Positions 53,566 through 64,000 of a stretch of DNA of 64,000 nt are shown here, piece by piece (position 1 is the first letter of the stretch; every line of letters begins with the position of its first letter). Origin of the DNA: Octopus vulgaris. Lineage: Eukaryota. The stretch covers positions 10,230,001 to 10,294,000 of the forward strand of contig OX597815.1 in NCBI GenBank assembly GCA_951406725.2, given 5' to 3'. The position numbers and the translations under genes were made by a program. The notes beneath the pieces are model-generated. The model was not told the DNA's origin and searched no databases. It worked only from the letters and a program-made list of their open reading frames with translations.

Positions 53566-54549
53566 GTATGTGTGCGTGCTGCGTTTGTGTGTGTGTGTGC
53601 GTTCGCTTCTGCGTAAGTATATGCCTGCGACTGTATGAGCCTGTCACCGCCATGTCGTGTATGCAGTGTCAGATACGCACGAGTGTGGGATTTTGTCTTG
53701 ATCAAACAGACTGGTATCCCACCCACCCATGACCGTCCCGTCTTGTTTCACATCGACAACAACATTATCTAATATGTCCTTACGTCTTTTTTTTTTTATT
53801 AAAAACAGACGTGAATTAGTTGGTGGGGGGTGGGGGGTGGTGGATCGTATTTGGCTGCGATTTCTAGCAGTTTCATCGATAATGATCAGGATCCCTTTTT
53901 GTACGAAGGATGTAGAGTAGCATAAGTATGTGAATGTGTATGCATGTATATATTTGTATCTGTGTGTGTATATATGTGTGCCTAAATGTGTATGTATATT
54001 CATACGTGTATGTGTGTATGCGTCCAAATGAGATGCGGTGATTATGATCTCCGAAAGAGAATTATATGTGTGCGTATGTAAAATGCTCTTTTACAAAGGC
54101 ATAGAAGCAGACACACTGTAATACACACACTGTTTTAAACTATTCTTTGATTCTTTTATTCTTCGTACGCTTCCGCCCAAATGCTGTGACCATGCTGGGA
54201 CATCGCCAATGCAATCACCTTTTCAATGGCCGTTCTTGCGCAATTGGCTTTTGATGAAGGAGGGAGTTCGACCAAAACATTGACAGAGAATGTTCGGTAG
54301 AGCAGTTAAATATGTCTATTGTATCAAAAGTGGATCCTCCACTTAGTTTCGCTTCTGGCGACACTATCAAATATATTAGCCACTACACACATTTTTTTTT
54401 CTCTCCTTGTTTCTCTCCTTGTTTTTTTTTCTGTGTCCCTTTCTGTAGAAGAGCGTAGGCTCGAAACGTAAAAGACTTTTTCTATTCCTGAGCATCTGTT
54501 TGTTTTGTACACTACCTGTCTTCGTCTTTTGTTTTTTTTCGTAAACTCT

Positions 54550-54598
<49 letters not shown>

Positions 54599-54665
54599 CG
54601 AATTTTTTGCGTAATGAGATAAAAAACCAAGGCTGTATAGATATTAGAGCATTTATAGATAGAAG

Positions 54666-54722
54666 GTCTTACAGCTGTTTCTATAGAATATTAATTAATA
54701 ATAATATCCCTTCATCGGAGAC
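54666..54722 (-). ncRNA. Type I hammerhead motif with palindromic stem III
   Basis: GUCU-CCGAUGA-AGGGAUAUU...AAUAUUCU-AUA-GAAAC-AGCU-GUA-AGAC. Confidence 0.6.
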
Positions 54723-54764
54723 GGTGTGAGAGGAAAAGTTAAGTCATAGATAGTTAGTTTCGAT

Positions 54765-54803
<39 letters not shown>

Positions 54804-54992
54804 AGAGTTTACGAAAAAAAAAAGAAAAGACGAAGACAGGCGGTGTACAAAACAAACAGATGTATTAGTATAACGCTCAGGAATAGAAAAAGTCTTTTAT
54901 GTTTCGAGCCTACCCTCTTCTACAGAAAGGGATACAGAAAAAAACAAGGAGAGAAAAAAATGTGTGTAGTGGCTAACGATCTATCAGGGCGA

Positions 54993-55057
<65 letters not shown>

Positions 55058-55329
55058 GTATATATATATATATATATATACTTCTAATATAGGATAAATT
55101 TTTTCCCCCAAAAAAATTTCATCAAAGTGGCAGGTTAAAATTATAAACAATTTATAAACAAGGGCAAAAGAAAAAAAAAGATTTCTATGCCAATATGCTG
55201 AGAAATAGACTTTAAATCGTCAACCACTTCAATATAATATACATTCACCATGAATACACGTCGTGCTGAGAGTTTATTTCACTGGATAAATGCTGTATAG
55301 AATGTGTTTTGTATTTGTGGGTTGTTTTG

Positions 55330-55612
55330 CTTAGATTGTATTATTGGATTGATAGTGTCTTGCGTAGGACGTGGGCTGCTCCTTGCAGAGCTATTTTTTG
55401 GACAGTATATCGTGTTGAGGATCCAGTTATAGCTTCTTTATTATAATTGCCATTGTTTTTACCCTCATGCCCCACATTTTCAATACTTCAATTTCGAGGT
55501 CTTCGTACTTCAACAATTTCCCCTCTTCTTTTTCGACAATATTTTGAACAGAATGGAGTGCAATGCTTATCAATAAGCAGGTGTTTTTTTTTCGCCAATC
55601 CTTGACTATTAC
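55330..55612 (-). mobile_element. R4/Dong-type LINE restriction-like endonuclease C-terminal fragment
   Basis: IVKDW.KKTCLLISIA...NIVEKEEGKLLKYEDLEIEVLKMWGM...VQKIALQGAAHVLRKTLS matches the RLE-LINE C-terminal pattern. Confidence 0.75.
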
Positions 55613-55771
55613 TTGTAAGACTCTGTTGTATCTGTTTAACCTTTCATAGAGCTGTTAATTTTTCTGTAGCCTGGGGATACGTTTACGCTGCTTCATATTT
55701 ATCGACTGTGTGATGTTTAGTTCTTCTGCTTTTGTTATTTCTTCAATCGGTTCGTCTCCTTCATCGGTTAA

Positions 55772-56186
55772 GGAGGCGAGCTGGCAGAAACGTTAGCACG
55801 CCGGCGAAATGCTGAGCGGTATTTCGTCTGCCGTTACGTTCTGAGTTCAAATTCCGCCGAGGTCGACTTTGCCTTTCGTCCTTTCGGGGTCGATTTAATA
55901 AGTACTAGTTGCGCACTGGGGTCAATGTAATCGACTTAATCCGTTTGTCTGTCCTTGTTTGTCCCCTCTGTGTGTAGCCCCTTGTGGGTAGTAAAGAAAT
56001 AGGTATTTCGTCTGGCGCTACGTTCTGAGTTCAAATTCCGCCGAGGTCGACTTTGCCTTTCATCCTTTCAGCGTCGATTAAATAAGTACCAGTAACGCAT
56101 AGGGGGGTCAATGTAATCGACTTAATCCGTTTGTTTGTCCTTGTTTGTCCCCTCTGTGTTTAGCTCCTTGTGGGTAATAAAGAAAC
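55772..56186 (+). mobile_element. SINE family A dimer
   Basis: Head plus two units; junction AAGAAATA|GGTATTTCG at 56001/56002. Confidence 0.9.
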
Positions 56187-56685
56187 AGGTTATAGCTGGT
56201 CTGTTATAGTATGTGTCATTGTGTATATTGTTGTTTTATGCTTCAGTATTCGCCTATGTGTGTTGTTGACTTGTTGTGCTGTTCTATTTATTTCTGGGTT
56301 GGGTAGCTGTGTAGAGATTTTACTTTGGTTTAGCCTTTTATTTACTATTTGCAGTGTTATTTCTGTCGTGTTCCCTTCTTTCTTTTATGGTGTCTTATGC
56401 GCTTTCGGAGACGTAATGTCTGGTGTGCTGTTTTTGCCTGATTGCGACCCATTGTTTTGACTTATGACGCGTTTTGTTTTATTTTCCGTGTGTATTTTAT
56501 CTACTAGTTTGTCTATTTCGATTTGGGACACTTTGCCCTCTCGCAGGATATACCGCCGGACATTCGCAAGAGTATTCTCCGAGACATTTCCCCTTCTATT
56601 AGTAGTTCTTCTCCATGCTTGGTATGTTTCTCTTGTTATCCCTGTTTTCCCCGGATATAGTTATCCCTGTGTTTCCCCGAGTAGA

Positions 56686-56748
<63 letters not shown>

Positions 56749-56978
56749 TCTCTTGTCCTGGCAATACTTGCTATATAACGTTCCTATGTTCGCATAACAT
56801 TTTGTAGAGTTTCTTTAGGACTAGACATATCTTTTTTGTGTCTTATCACCTGAAATTTAAAAGTTTAGTTTCATTTTCTCAACTAATTTAAGCAAAAAAT
56901 AAAAAAAAAAAAAACAAAAAACAAAACAAAACAAAAAAACCTAAACAAACAAGCATGAAGATATTTCCGAGTACTTTG

Positions 56979-57060
56979 TTATTTTAGTTCTTTTATTTTA
57001 GTTCTTTTATTTTAGTTCTTTTATTTTAGTTCTTTTATTTTAGTTCTTTTACTTTAGTTC
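56979..57060. repeat. 14-bp tandem repeat (TAGTTCTTTTATTT) about 6 copies
   Basis: Direct reading; (AATAT)n also present at 44884-44968. Confidence 0.95.
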
Positions 57061-57444
57061 AAAAATATTGATAATCGCACAGAAAACAAACAAAACGATG
57101 TTTATTTAAATACGAATACTTTACTCCAAGAATCATGCAATTTAAATGGAGTGGGGGTAGGGAATGACTTTTCTGACGAGAATGCTAGTACTGAGAATAC
57201 TTTTAGTGATTTACATAGCCACAACAACAACAACAACAACAGCAGCACAAGCCGTCCAAGAATTTGGACCTGGAGATTTCCATTTCCAGCGACTTCAAGG
57301 GCCACCGCCCAGTGGTGTCGGACGTCAACGAAGAGCCCTCGACTACAACAAAACGACCAAAGTTTTTTGTTTTTCCAAGGTCTGGGGTTTCCCGCCCCTA
57401 AGCCCTAGACCATCACCTAATCACTCTTAACCGTCTTGTTGCTT

Positions 57445-57481
<37 letters not shown>

Positions 57482-58007
57482 GCAGCAGCAGCAACAACAA
57501 CAACAACTACAACACCAGCCTACGGTTTTGTACATACGGCTTTGTCAATATCGCTTCCAATAAAGAAATTTTGGCAACAGACATTGTCTGGTTAAAGAAA
57601 AAAAGTTTGGCAGTGATGGGTCACAAAGGAGTACGCCATCTTACTCACGGAATTTGCCCAAGAGTGGACAAGGTAAAAAAAATGAAAGACCCCACCCTTG
57701 TGAAGGAAAGCAGGACTTTCTATACCTTTTTGAAAGATAGATTGAAAGAAATCCTGGCCGATGAGTGGATGGATATAATTTCTATCGGTCAGTATGAGGC
57801 GTATATTGGTGTTTGCCTTGATTACAAGTCCAAAATCGAAGCAAAATGTCAAACAGAGATAGTATGATGCACACCTGTCCAATACATGGGTCTGTGTAGT
57901 CCAGGTGTGCAATCAGATACATTGGCAGCGACACTGACCCAGTGCTTGTTGTCATGTTTGTGTCGATCTTGTCTTCTATAATATCTAGGACTATATATCT
58001 AGGACTA

Positions 58008-58414
58008 GGGCGGCGAGCTGGCAGAAACGTTAGCACACCGGGCGAAACACTTAGCGGTATTTCGTCTGCCGCTACGTTTTGAGTTCAAATTCCGCCGAGG
58101 TCGACTTTGCCTTTCATCCTTTCGGGGTCGATTAAATAAGTACTAGTTACGCTCTGGGGTCGATATAATCGACTTAATCCGTTTGTCTGTCCTTGTTTGT
58201 CCTCTCTGTGTTTAGCCCCTTGTGGGTAGTAAAGAAATAGAAATAGGTATTTCGTCTGTCTTTACGTTCTGAGTTCAAATTCCGTTGAGGTCGACTTTGC
58301 CTTTCATCCTTTCAGGTTCGATAAATTAAGTACTAGTTGCGTATTGGGGTCGATCTAATCGACTGGCCCCATTCCCGAAAATTTCAGGCCTTGTGCCTAG
58401 AGCAGAAAAGAATA
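58008..58414 (+). mobile_element. SINE family A heterodimer (unit 1 with tail A, unit 2 with tail B)
   Basis: Junction 58245/58246; second unit ends in ...AAATTTCAGGCCTTGTGCCTAGAGCAGAAAAG; TSD TATATATCTAGGACTA at 57992-58007 and 58415-58430. Confidence 0.9.
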
Positions 58415-58521
58415 TATATATCTAGGACTACACCATCCATTGTGATCCTACTTTCTCATAAGCTAAAAGGGTTGCTATTTCTGACAAATTTAGTGTCCTC
58501 CCACAGGCTTTCCTCGTTAGC

Positions 58522-58921
58522 TTACTCTTTTACTTGTTTCAGTCATTTGACTGCGGCCATGCTGGAGCACCGCCTTTAGTCGAGCAACTCGACCCCGGAA
58601 CTTATTCTTTGTAAGCCCAGTACTTATTCTATCGGTCTCTTTTGCCGAACCGCTAAGTGACGGGGATATAAACACACCAGCATCGGTTGTCAAGCAATGC
58701 TAGGGGGACAAACACATACACACATACACACACACGCATATATATATATACATATATACGACGGGCTTCTTTCAGTTTCCGCCTGCCAAATCCACTCCCA
58801 AGGCTTTGGTCGTCCCGAGGCTATAGTAGAAAACACTTGGCCAAGATGCCACGCAGTGGGACTGAACCAGGAACCGTGTGGTTGGTAAGCAAGCTACTTA
58901 CCACACAACCACTCCTGCACC
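58522..58921 (-). mobile_element. SINE family B, full length
   Basis: Reverse complement of the family B consensus. Confidence 0.9.
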
Positions 58922-59570
58922 TTGTTGGCGATGTTAACAATGATGGTGATGGTGATGATGATGATGATCGGGTCGTATTGTTATTGCCTACCTTGTATTT
59001 ATTTGGCTGACTGCAGTTGCTATGGCACCGGTGTTTTGACACCGGTTCTGATAATAACAACGGTTGTTGATATTGTTATGGCGACGCTGTTTTGGCGACT
59101 GTATTCGACACAGCTTACAGGTAATTGTTGCTGTGCTGTTGATGGTGATGCTGATAATGATGATGATGATGGTGTTGCTGTGGTTGCAGGTCTTGTTGAT
59201 GTTACTGCAGTTATCGTTGCAGTTTATTTTTGCAGTTGTTTATTTTTGCAGATCAAGGTCAACCCCTGAACGAACTCGATCTGAAGGGCACATCGGCCGT
59301 GACCATCCCCTATTTTTAATTATACACATCGTCACCTTTATTATGCAATATGCATTCCATCTTTTTAAGGGGTGAAATTATGAACCAAGAGAGATTTAGC
59401 TGCTATTTTTAGCAAATAGAGTGATCGGCTATAGACCCCTTCGAATCGTGGTATTGTTACTGATGATGTTTTTTTTGGGATATTGTTGTTTTAGTTTTGT
59501 TGTTGTTGTTGTTTTTATTCTTGTTGTTGTTCTGTAGTGTCAGACCAGCTATGACCCGGCAAAGTTTACC

Positions 59571-60161
59571 CATTTCTTTACTACCCACAAGTGGCTACAC
59601 ACAGAGAGGACAAACAAGTACAGACAAACGGATTAAGTCGATTACATCGACCCCAGGCATAACTGGTACTTAATTTATCGACCCCGAAAAGATGAAAGGC
59701 AAAGTTGACCTCGGCGGAATTTGAACTCAGAACGTAGCGGCAGACGCAATACCTATTTCTTTACTACCCACAAGTGGCTACACACAGAGGGGTCAAACAA
59801 GGACAAACAAACGGATTAAGTCAATTACATCGACCCCAGTGCATAACTGGTACTTAATTTATCGACCCCGAAAGGATGAAAGGCAAAGTCGACTCCGGCG
59901 GAATTTGAACTCAGAACGTAGCGGCAGACGAAATACCTATTTCTTTACTACCCACAACGTGCTAAACACATAGGGGACAAACAAGGACAGACAAACGAAT
60001 TAAGTCGATTACATCGACCCCAGTGCGTAACTGGTACTTATTTAATCGACCCCGAAAGGATGAAAGGCAAAGTCGACCTCGGTGGAATTTGAACTCAGAA
60101 CGTAACGGCAGACGAAATACCTCTAAGCATTTTGTCCGGCGTGCTAACGTTTCTGCCAGCT
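59571..60161 (-). mobile_element. SINE family A trimer
   Basis: Junctions 59753/59754 and 59937/59938; TSD GGCAAAGTTTACC at 59558-59570 and 60162-60174. Confidence 0.92.
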
Positions 60162-60756
60162 GGCAAAGTTTACCGTCAAGTAGGTAATCGAACAAAAGAC
60201 CTAGATTCGATCCATAAACTCCCATATTTCTGACAATAGCATCCATTGTCGCAGCTATTGTAAAAATTGTTAATTTTATCATTCTTTATAGCTGCAATTC
60301 AATTCCCGTCAAGGTCCATTTTGTCTTTCATCTTTACCGAAGTCAATAGAATACAATGGCGCAGAATCGATTTCATCAATAAACCACCGCCCCCTAAACC
60401 TGTGATTCCGTCTCTTATTATTATTGCTATTTTTATTGGTATTCTTAACGGTGAATCTTGTGGCCATCATCGTCGTTGTTGTCTCTGTTCGTTATTGCAT
60501 CTAACCACTATCGTGGAACACGAGGCACCGCCGCCATTTCGTTGTTTCTGCTCACGTGCACTCCATTCTTGCACGTGATCCTCATTAGCTGCACATTTAA
60601 TTCACTTTAGTATTCCTATTGAAGAACAACTTCAAAGAAATAGCAGCCAAAGCACTATTAAAACACAATTTTGTGACTTTAAAATAAAAAGAAATGTGGG
60701 GAAAAAGGATATATTGGATTATGTAACGTTAGGTAGTATACTATGTTTGAACTTTA

Positions 60757-61447
60757 GACAGGACAGTCGTGGCTGGAACACTGATGATCATAGGTCAAGA
60801 TGAACTGTGATCTGGAGATAAGCATCTCCAACACAACCACCACATTCAGAGCCGCTTCTTCTTCTTCTTCTTCTTCTTCTTCTTCTTCTTCTTCTTCTTC
60901 TTCTTCTTCTTCTTCTTCTTCTTCTTCTTCTTCTTCTTCTTCTTCTTCTTCTTCTTCTTCTTCTTCTTCATTTTCTTTTTCTTCATCATCATCATCATCA
61001 TCTTCTTCTTCTTCTTCTATTTCTTCTTCATTTTCTTCTTCTTCATCATCATCATCTTCTTCTTCTTCTTCTCTTCTTCTTCTTCACCTTTCTCCCGCTC
61101 ACCTTCTTTCTCTTCTTTTTCTTCTTCTTCACCTCTTTCTCCCTCACCTTCTTTCTCTTCTTTTTCTTCTTCTTCACCTTCTCTCTTCTCTCCTCCTCCC
61201 CTCCCTCCTCCTCCCCTCCCTCCTCCCCTCCTCCTCCCCTCCTCCTCCCCCTCCCCATCTCATCTCCCTCCTCCTCCACACCCTCCTCCCCCTCCTCCTC
61301 CTCATCTCCCTCCATCTCCCCTTCACCTCTTAATCATCTTCCTCAATATTAACAATGATAATTACTACAAAAGCGGCAATGTCAACGCAATATATTTCCC
61401 TAATTGCCAATAACAGCGACTTTGCTTGGCTATTGCTTGTTATAACA

Positions 61448-61481
<34 letters not shown>

Positions 61482-61788
61482 GACGCACGCATACACAAAA
61501 TATACAAACACGAGCACGCGAGTACACACTCACACGCAGAACACACATGCGCACGCATCTAGACGACACGCACATACATACATACATACACGCAAATGCA
61601 TGAAACACTAATGCAAGCTCATACACACACTAATAGTACACACTCTCACACCCACTCATGCATAGACATAAACACGTCGTGCATGCACACAAACACGCAG
61701 AAGGTGAAGGGGGGGAGAAAGGCGAAGAAGAAGAAGAAGAAGAAGAAGAAAAAGAAGAAGAAGAAGAAGAAGAAGAAGAAGAAGAAGA

Positions 61789-61855
<67 letters not shown>

Positions 61856-61901
61856 AGAAGAAGAAGAAGAAGGAGAGGAAGAAGAAGAAGAAGGAGAGGA
61901 A

Positions 61902-61945
<44 letters not shown>

Positions 61946-62342
61946 GGAAGAAGAAGAAGAAGAACAAGAAGAAGAAGAAGAAGAAGGAGAGGAAGAAGAA
62001 GAAGAAGGAGAGGAAGAAGAAGAAGAAGAAGAAAAAGAAGAGGAAGAAGAAGAAAAAGAAGAGGAAGAAGAAGAAGAAGAACAAGAAGAAGAAGAAGAAG
62101 AAGAAGAAGAAAAAGAAGAGGAAGAAGAAGAAAAAGAAGAGGAAGATGAAGAAGAAGAAGAACAAGAAGAAGAAGAAGAAGAAATTAGAAGAAGAAGAAG
62201 AAGAAGAAGAAGAAGAAGAAGAAGAAGAAGAAGAACAAGAAGCGGTTGTGAATGTGAAGGTTGTGTTGGAGATGCTCATCTCCAGATCACAGTTCATCTT
62301 GACCTATTGATCATCTGTGTTCCAACCATGACTGTCCTTTCT
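60757..62342. repeat. Large inverted repeat: 100-bp complex arms plus (TTC)n and (GAA)n tracts
   Basis: 60757-60857 is the reverse complement of 62238-62342; pyrimidine tract 60855-61330 faces purine tract 61700-62240. Confidence 0.9.
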
Positions 62343-62936
62343 TTATGAAGACACACACACACACATTGCAAGCACACGTCCGCCGCATCCAGACACCCAC
62401 ACACGTACACTGCATAAACACACGTGCATTGATACACATACATACATACATACATACATACATACATACATACATACATACACGTTGAAACGCAGTCAAC
62501 GTGGAATCCTCTGCGTGATCGCTGAAAGACAGAAATGTCCGCCAGATGTCTTTCGTGTAACATTGCGTCGTCTTCATAAGTAGTGTGACACGTTTTTCTG
62601 ATAAATATAAAAGGTCAAAAAAAAAAAAAAAGCAAAATCTCTGGATGATCACGGCTGATCATCCATGTATGATACGTATGGACACAAGTCAGTTCCATAT
62701 ACTCTCTCCCTTTTACTCTTTTACTTGTTTCAGTCATGTCATTTGACTGCGGCCATGCTGGAGCACCGCCTTTAAGTCGAGCAAATCCGACCCCCAGGAC
62801 TTATTCTTTGTAAGCCTAGTACTTATTCAATCGGTCTCTTTTTGCCGAACTGCTAAGTTACGGGGACGTAAACACACTAGCATCGGTTGTCAAGCGATGT
62901 TGGGGGGACAAACACAGACACACAAACATTACACAC

Positions 62937-62998
<62 letters not shown>

Positions 62999-63004
62999 AC
63001 ACAC

Positions 63005-63035
<31 letters not shown>

Positions 63036-63056
63036 TATATACACAGAAATATATAT

Positions 63057-63438
63057 AAGAAAGCTGACCAGAAGAGAATTATTGTATTCGAGCTTTGGTG
63101 TTGGATAAAGACTTTTACGGATTCCATGGACAGCGAGGTTCACCAATGGAGAAGTTCTTAACCAGATCAAGCCAAAACTGTCGCTAGAAGCTAGGATCAT
63201 CAAGCATAGATTGACATATTTTGTTCATATTATGAGGAGAAAATCCCTAGAGAAGGACATCATGCTCGGAATGGTCAGTGGCAAGAGAGGAAGAGGCCGA
63301 CCAAGAACCCGCTGGCTTGACACCATCAAGAGTGATACCGGAATGGACATAGCCAATCTGAAAGAAGCGGCCCAGGATAGAACTGACTGGAGGACACTGA
63401 TCCAACGAGTAACCGAGATTCGACTTCGACTGAGCGGA
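63057..63438 (+). mobile_element. RTE-clade (BovB-like) LINE 3' fragment
   Basis: FELWCW...IPWTARFTNGEVL...LTYFVHIMRRKSLEKDIMLGMVSGKRGRGRPRTRWLDTIK...AQDRTDWR. Confidence 0.9.
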
Positions 63439-63460
63439 TATATATATATATATATATATA

Positions 63461-63826
63461 CTAGCAGTATTGCCCGGCGTTGCTCAGGTTTGTAAGGGAA
63501 ATAACTATAAAGCAGTTTTAGAGAGTTATAGCCAAAAAATAGCAAAAAAATGGAAAAAAATGATGGTAAATTTTTTTTTTAGTTAAAAAAGGTGGAGTTG
63601 CGTCCCCTAGACAGTTTGCGGTTTGTGTTTCTGATTCTCGACCCCATGTCGAATTTATCGATTTTTTTCAGAACTGGGGGAACTTTTCAAAATTTTCGCT
63701 GCGTTAGTTTTGAATTATGACATTGGGCTATGTGTGTGTCAAGTTTCATCAGAATCGGTTGAAAGCCGTGGTCAGGGTGAGGGTACAAGCAAACAGACAC
63801 ACAGAAACACGCACAGACAAACTGCC

Positions 63827-63840
<14 letters not shown>
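63461..63840 (-). mobile_element. Non-autonomous Helitron
   Basis: Minus-strand 3' end AAACCTGAGCAACGCCGGGCAATACTGCTAG|T nearly identical to that of 6804-7188; TATATAAA-type 5' end merges into (TA)n. Confidence 0.72.
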
Positions 63841-63895
<55 letters not shown>

Positions 63896-64000
63896 CATAT
63901 ACGACGGGCTTCTTAATGCGTCCCTTAATTCCAGCGTGAACGGATCATCCAAAATACTGCCAAAATACTGTATGGATTTACTTGGAATTATACATAAGGG

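Larger units (their letters stand above)
62712..63912 (-). mobile_element. SINE family B interrupted by RTE and Helitron insertions in its internal microsatellite
   Basis: 3' half 62712-62925; the CGACGGGCTTCT remnant of the 5' half resumes at 63902. Confidence 0.75.

Noticed and set aside
56190-56800. Hydrophobic membrane-protein-like ORFs
   Set aside because: T-rich antisense of probable LINE remnant plus (ATT)n; no coherent gene structure
59571-60161. CRISPR-like array or hammerhead retrozyme
   Set aside because: Eukaryotic context, 184-bp units without unique spacers, and no CUGAnGA hammerhead core found on either strand of the unit
61596-62348. 250-aa poly-K/poly-E/poly-R ORF
   Set aside because: Translation of a (GAA)n microsatellite; no splice or domain evidence

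Overview
AT-rich eukaryotic genomic DNA saturated with microsatellites. The repeat landscape suggests an octopus/coleoid cephalopod (inference). One host gene can be assembled: a minus-strand multi-exon DH-PH RhoGEF with 10 clean GT-AG, phase-consistent coding exons from 30518 down to the TAG at 22093, plus a candidate 5-codon first exon and promoter near 34.7-35.4 kb. The rest is mobile DNA: a 5'-truncated Tx1/L1-clade LINE inside a (TATC)n tract, Penelope-like RT remnants, mariner, CR1, RTE/BovB and R4/Dong fragments, two non-autonomous Helitrons, a piggyBac-type MITE and three tRNA-derived SINE families. Most interesting signals: (1) one SINE family has a 3' tail matching the 3' end of the Tx1 LINE in this window (37/42 nt, shared stem-loop), and forms head+(184-bp unit)n multimers with a fixed junction that retrotranspose as single TSD-flanked units; (2) several distinct microsatellite-embedded mini-elements carry minimal hammerhead ribozyme motifs, often with a variant CCGAnGA core and fold-back structure; (3) a 1.6-kb GAA/TTC inverted repeat. 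Almost all ORFs in the supplied track are microsatellite artefacts.
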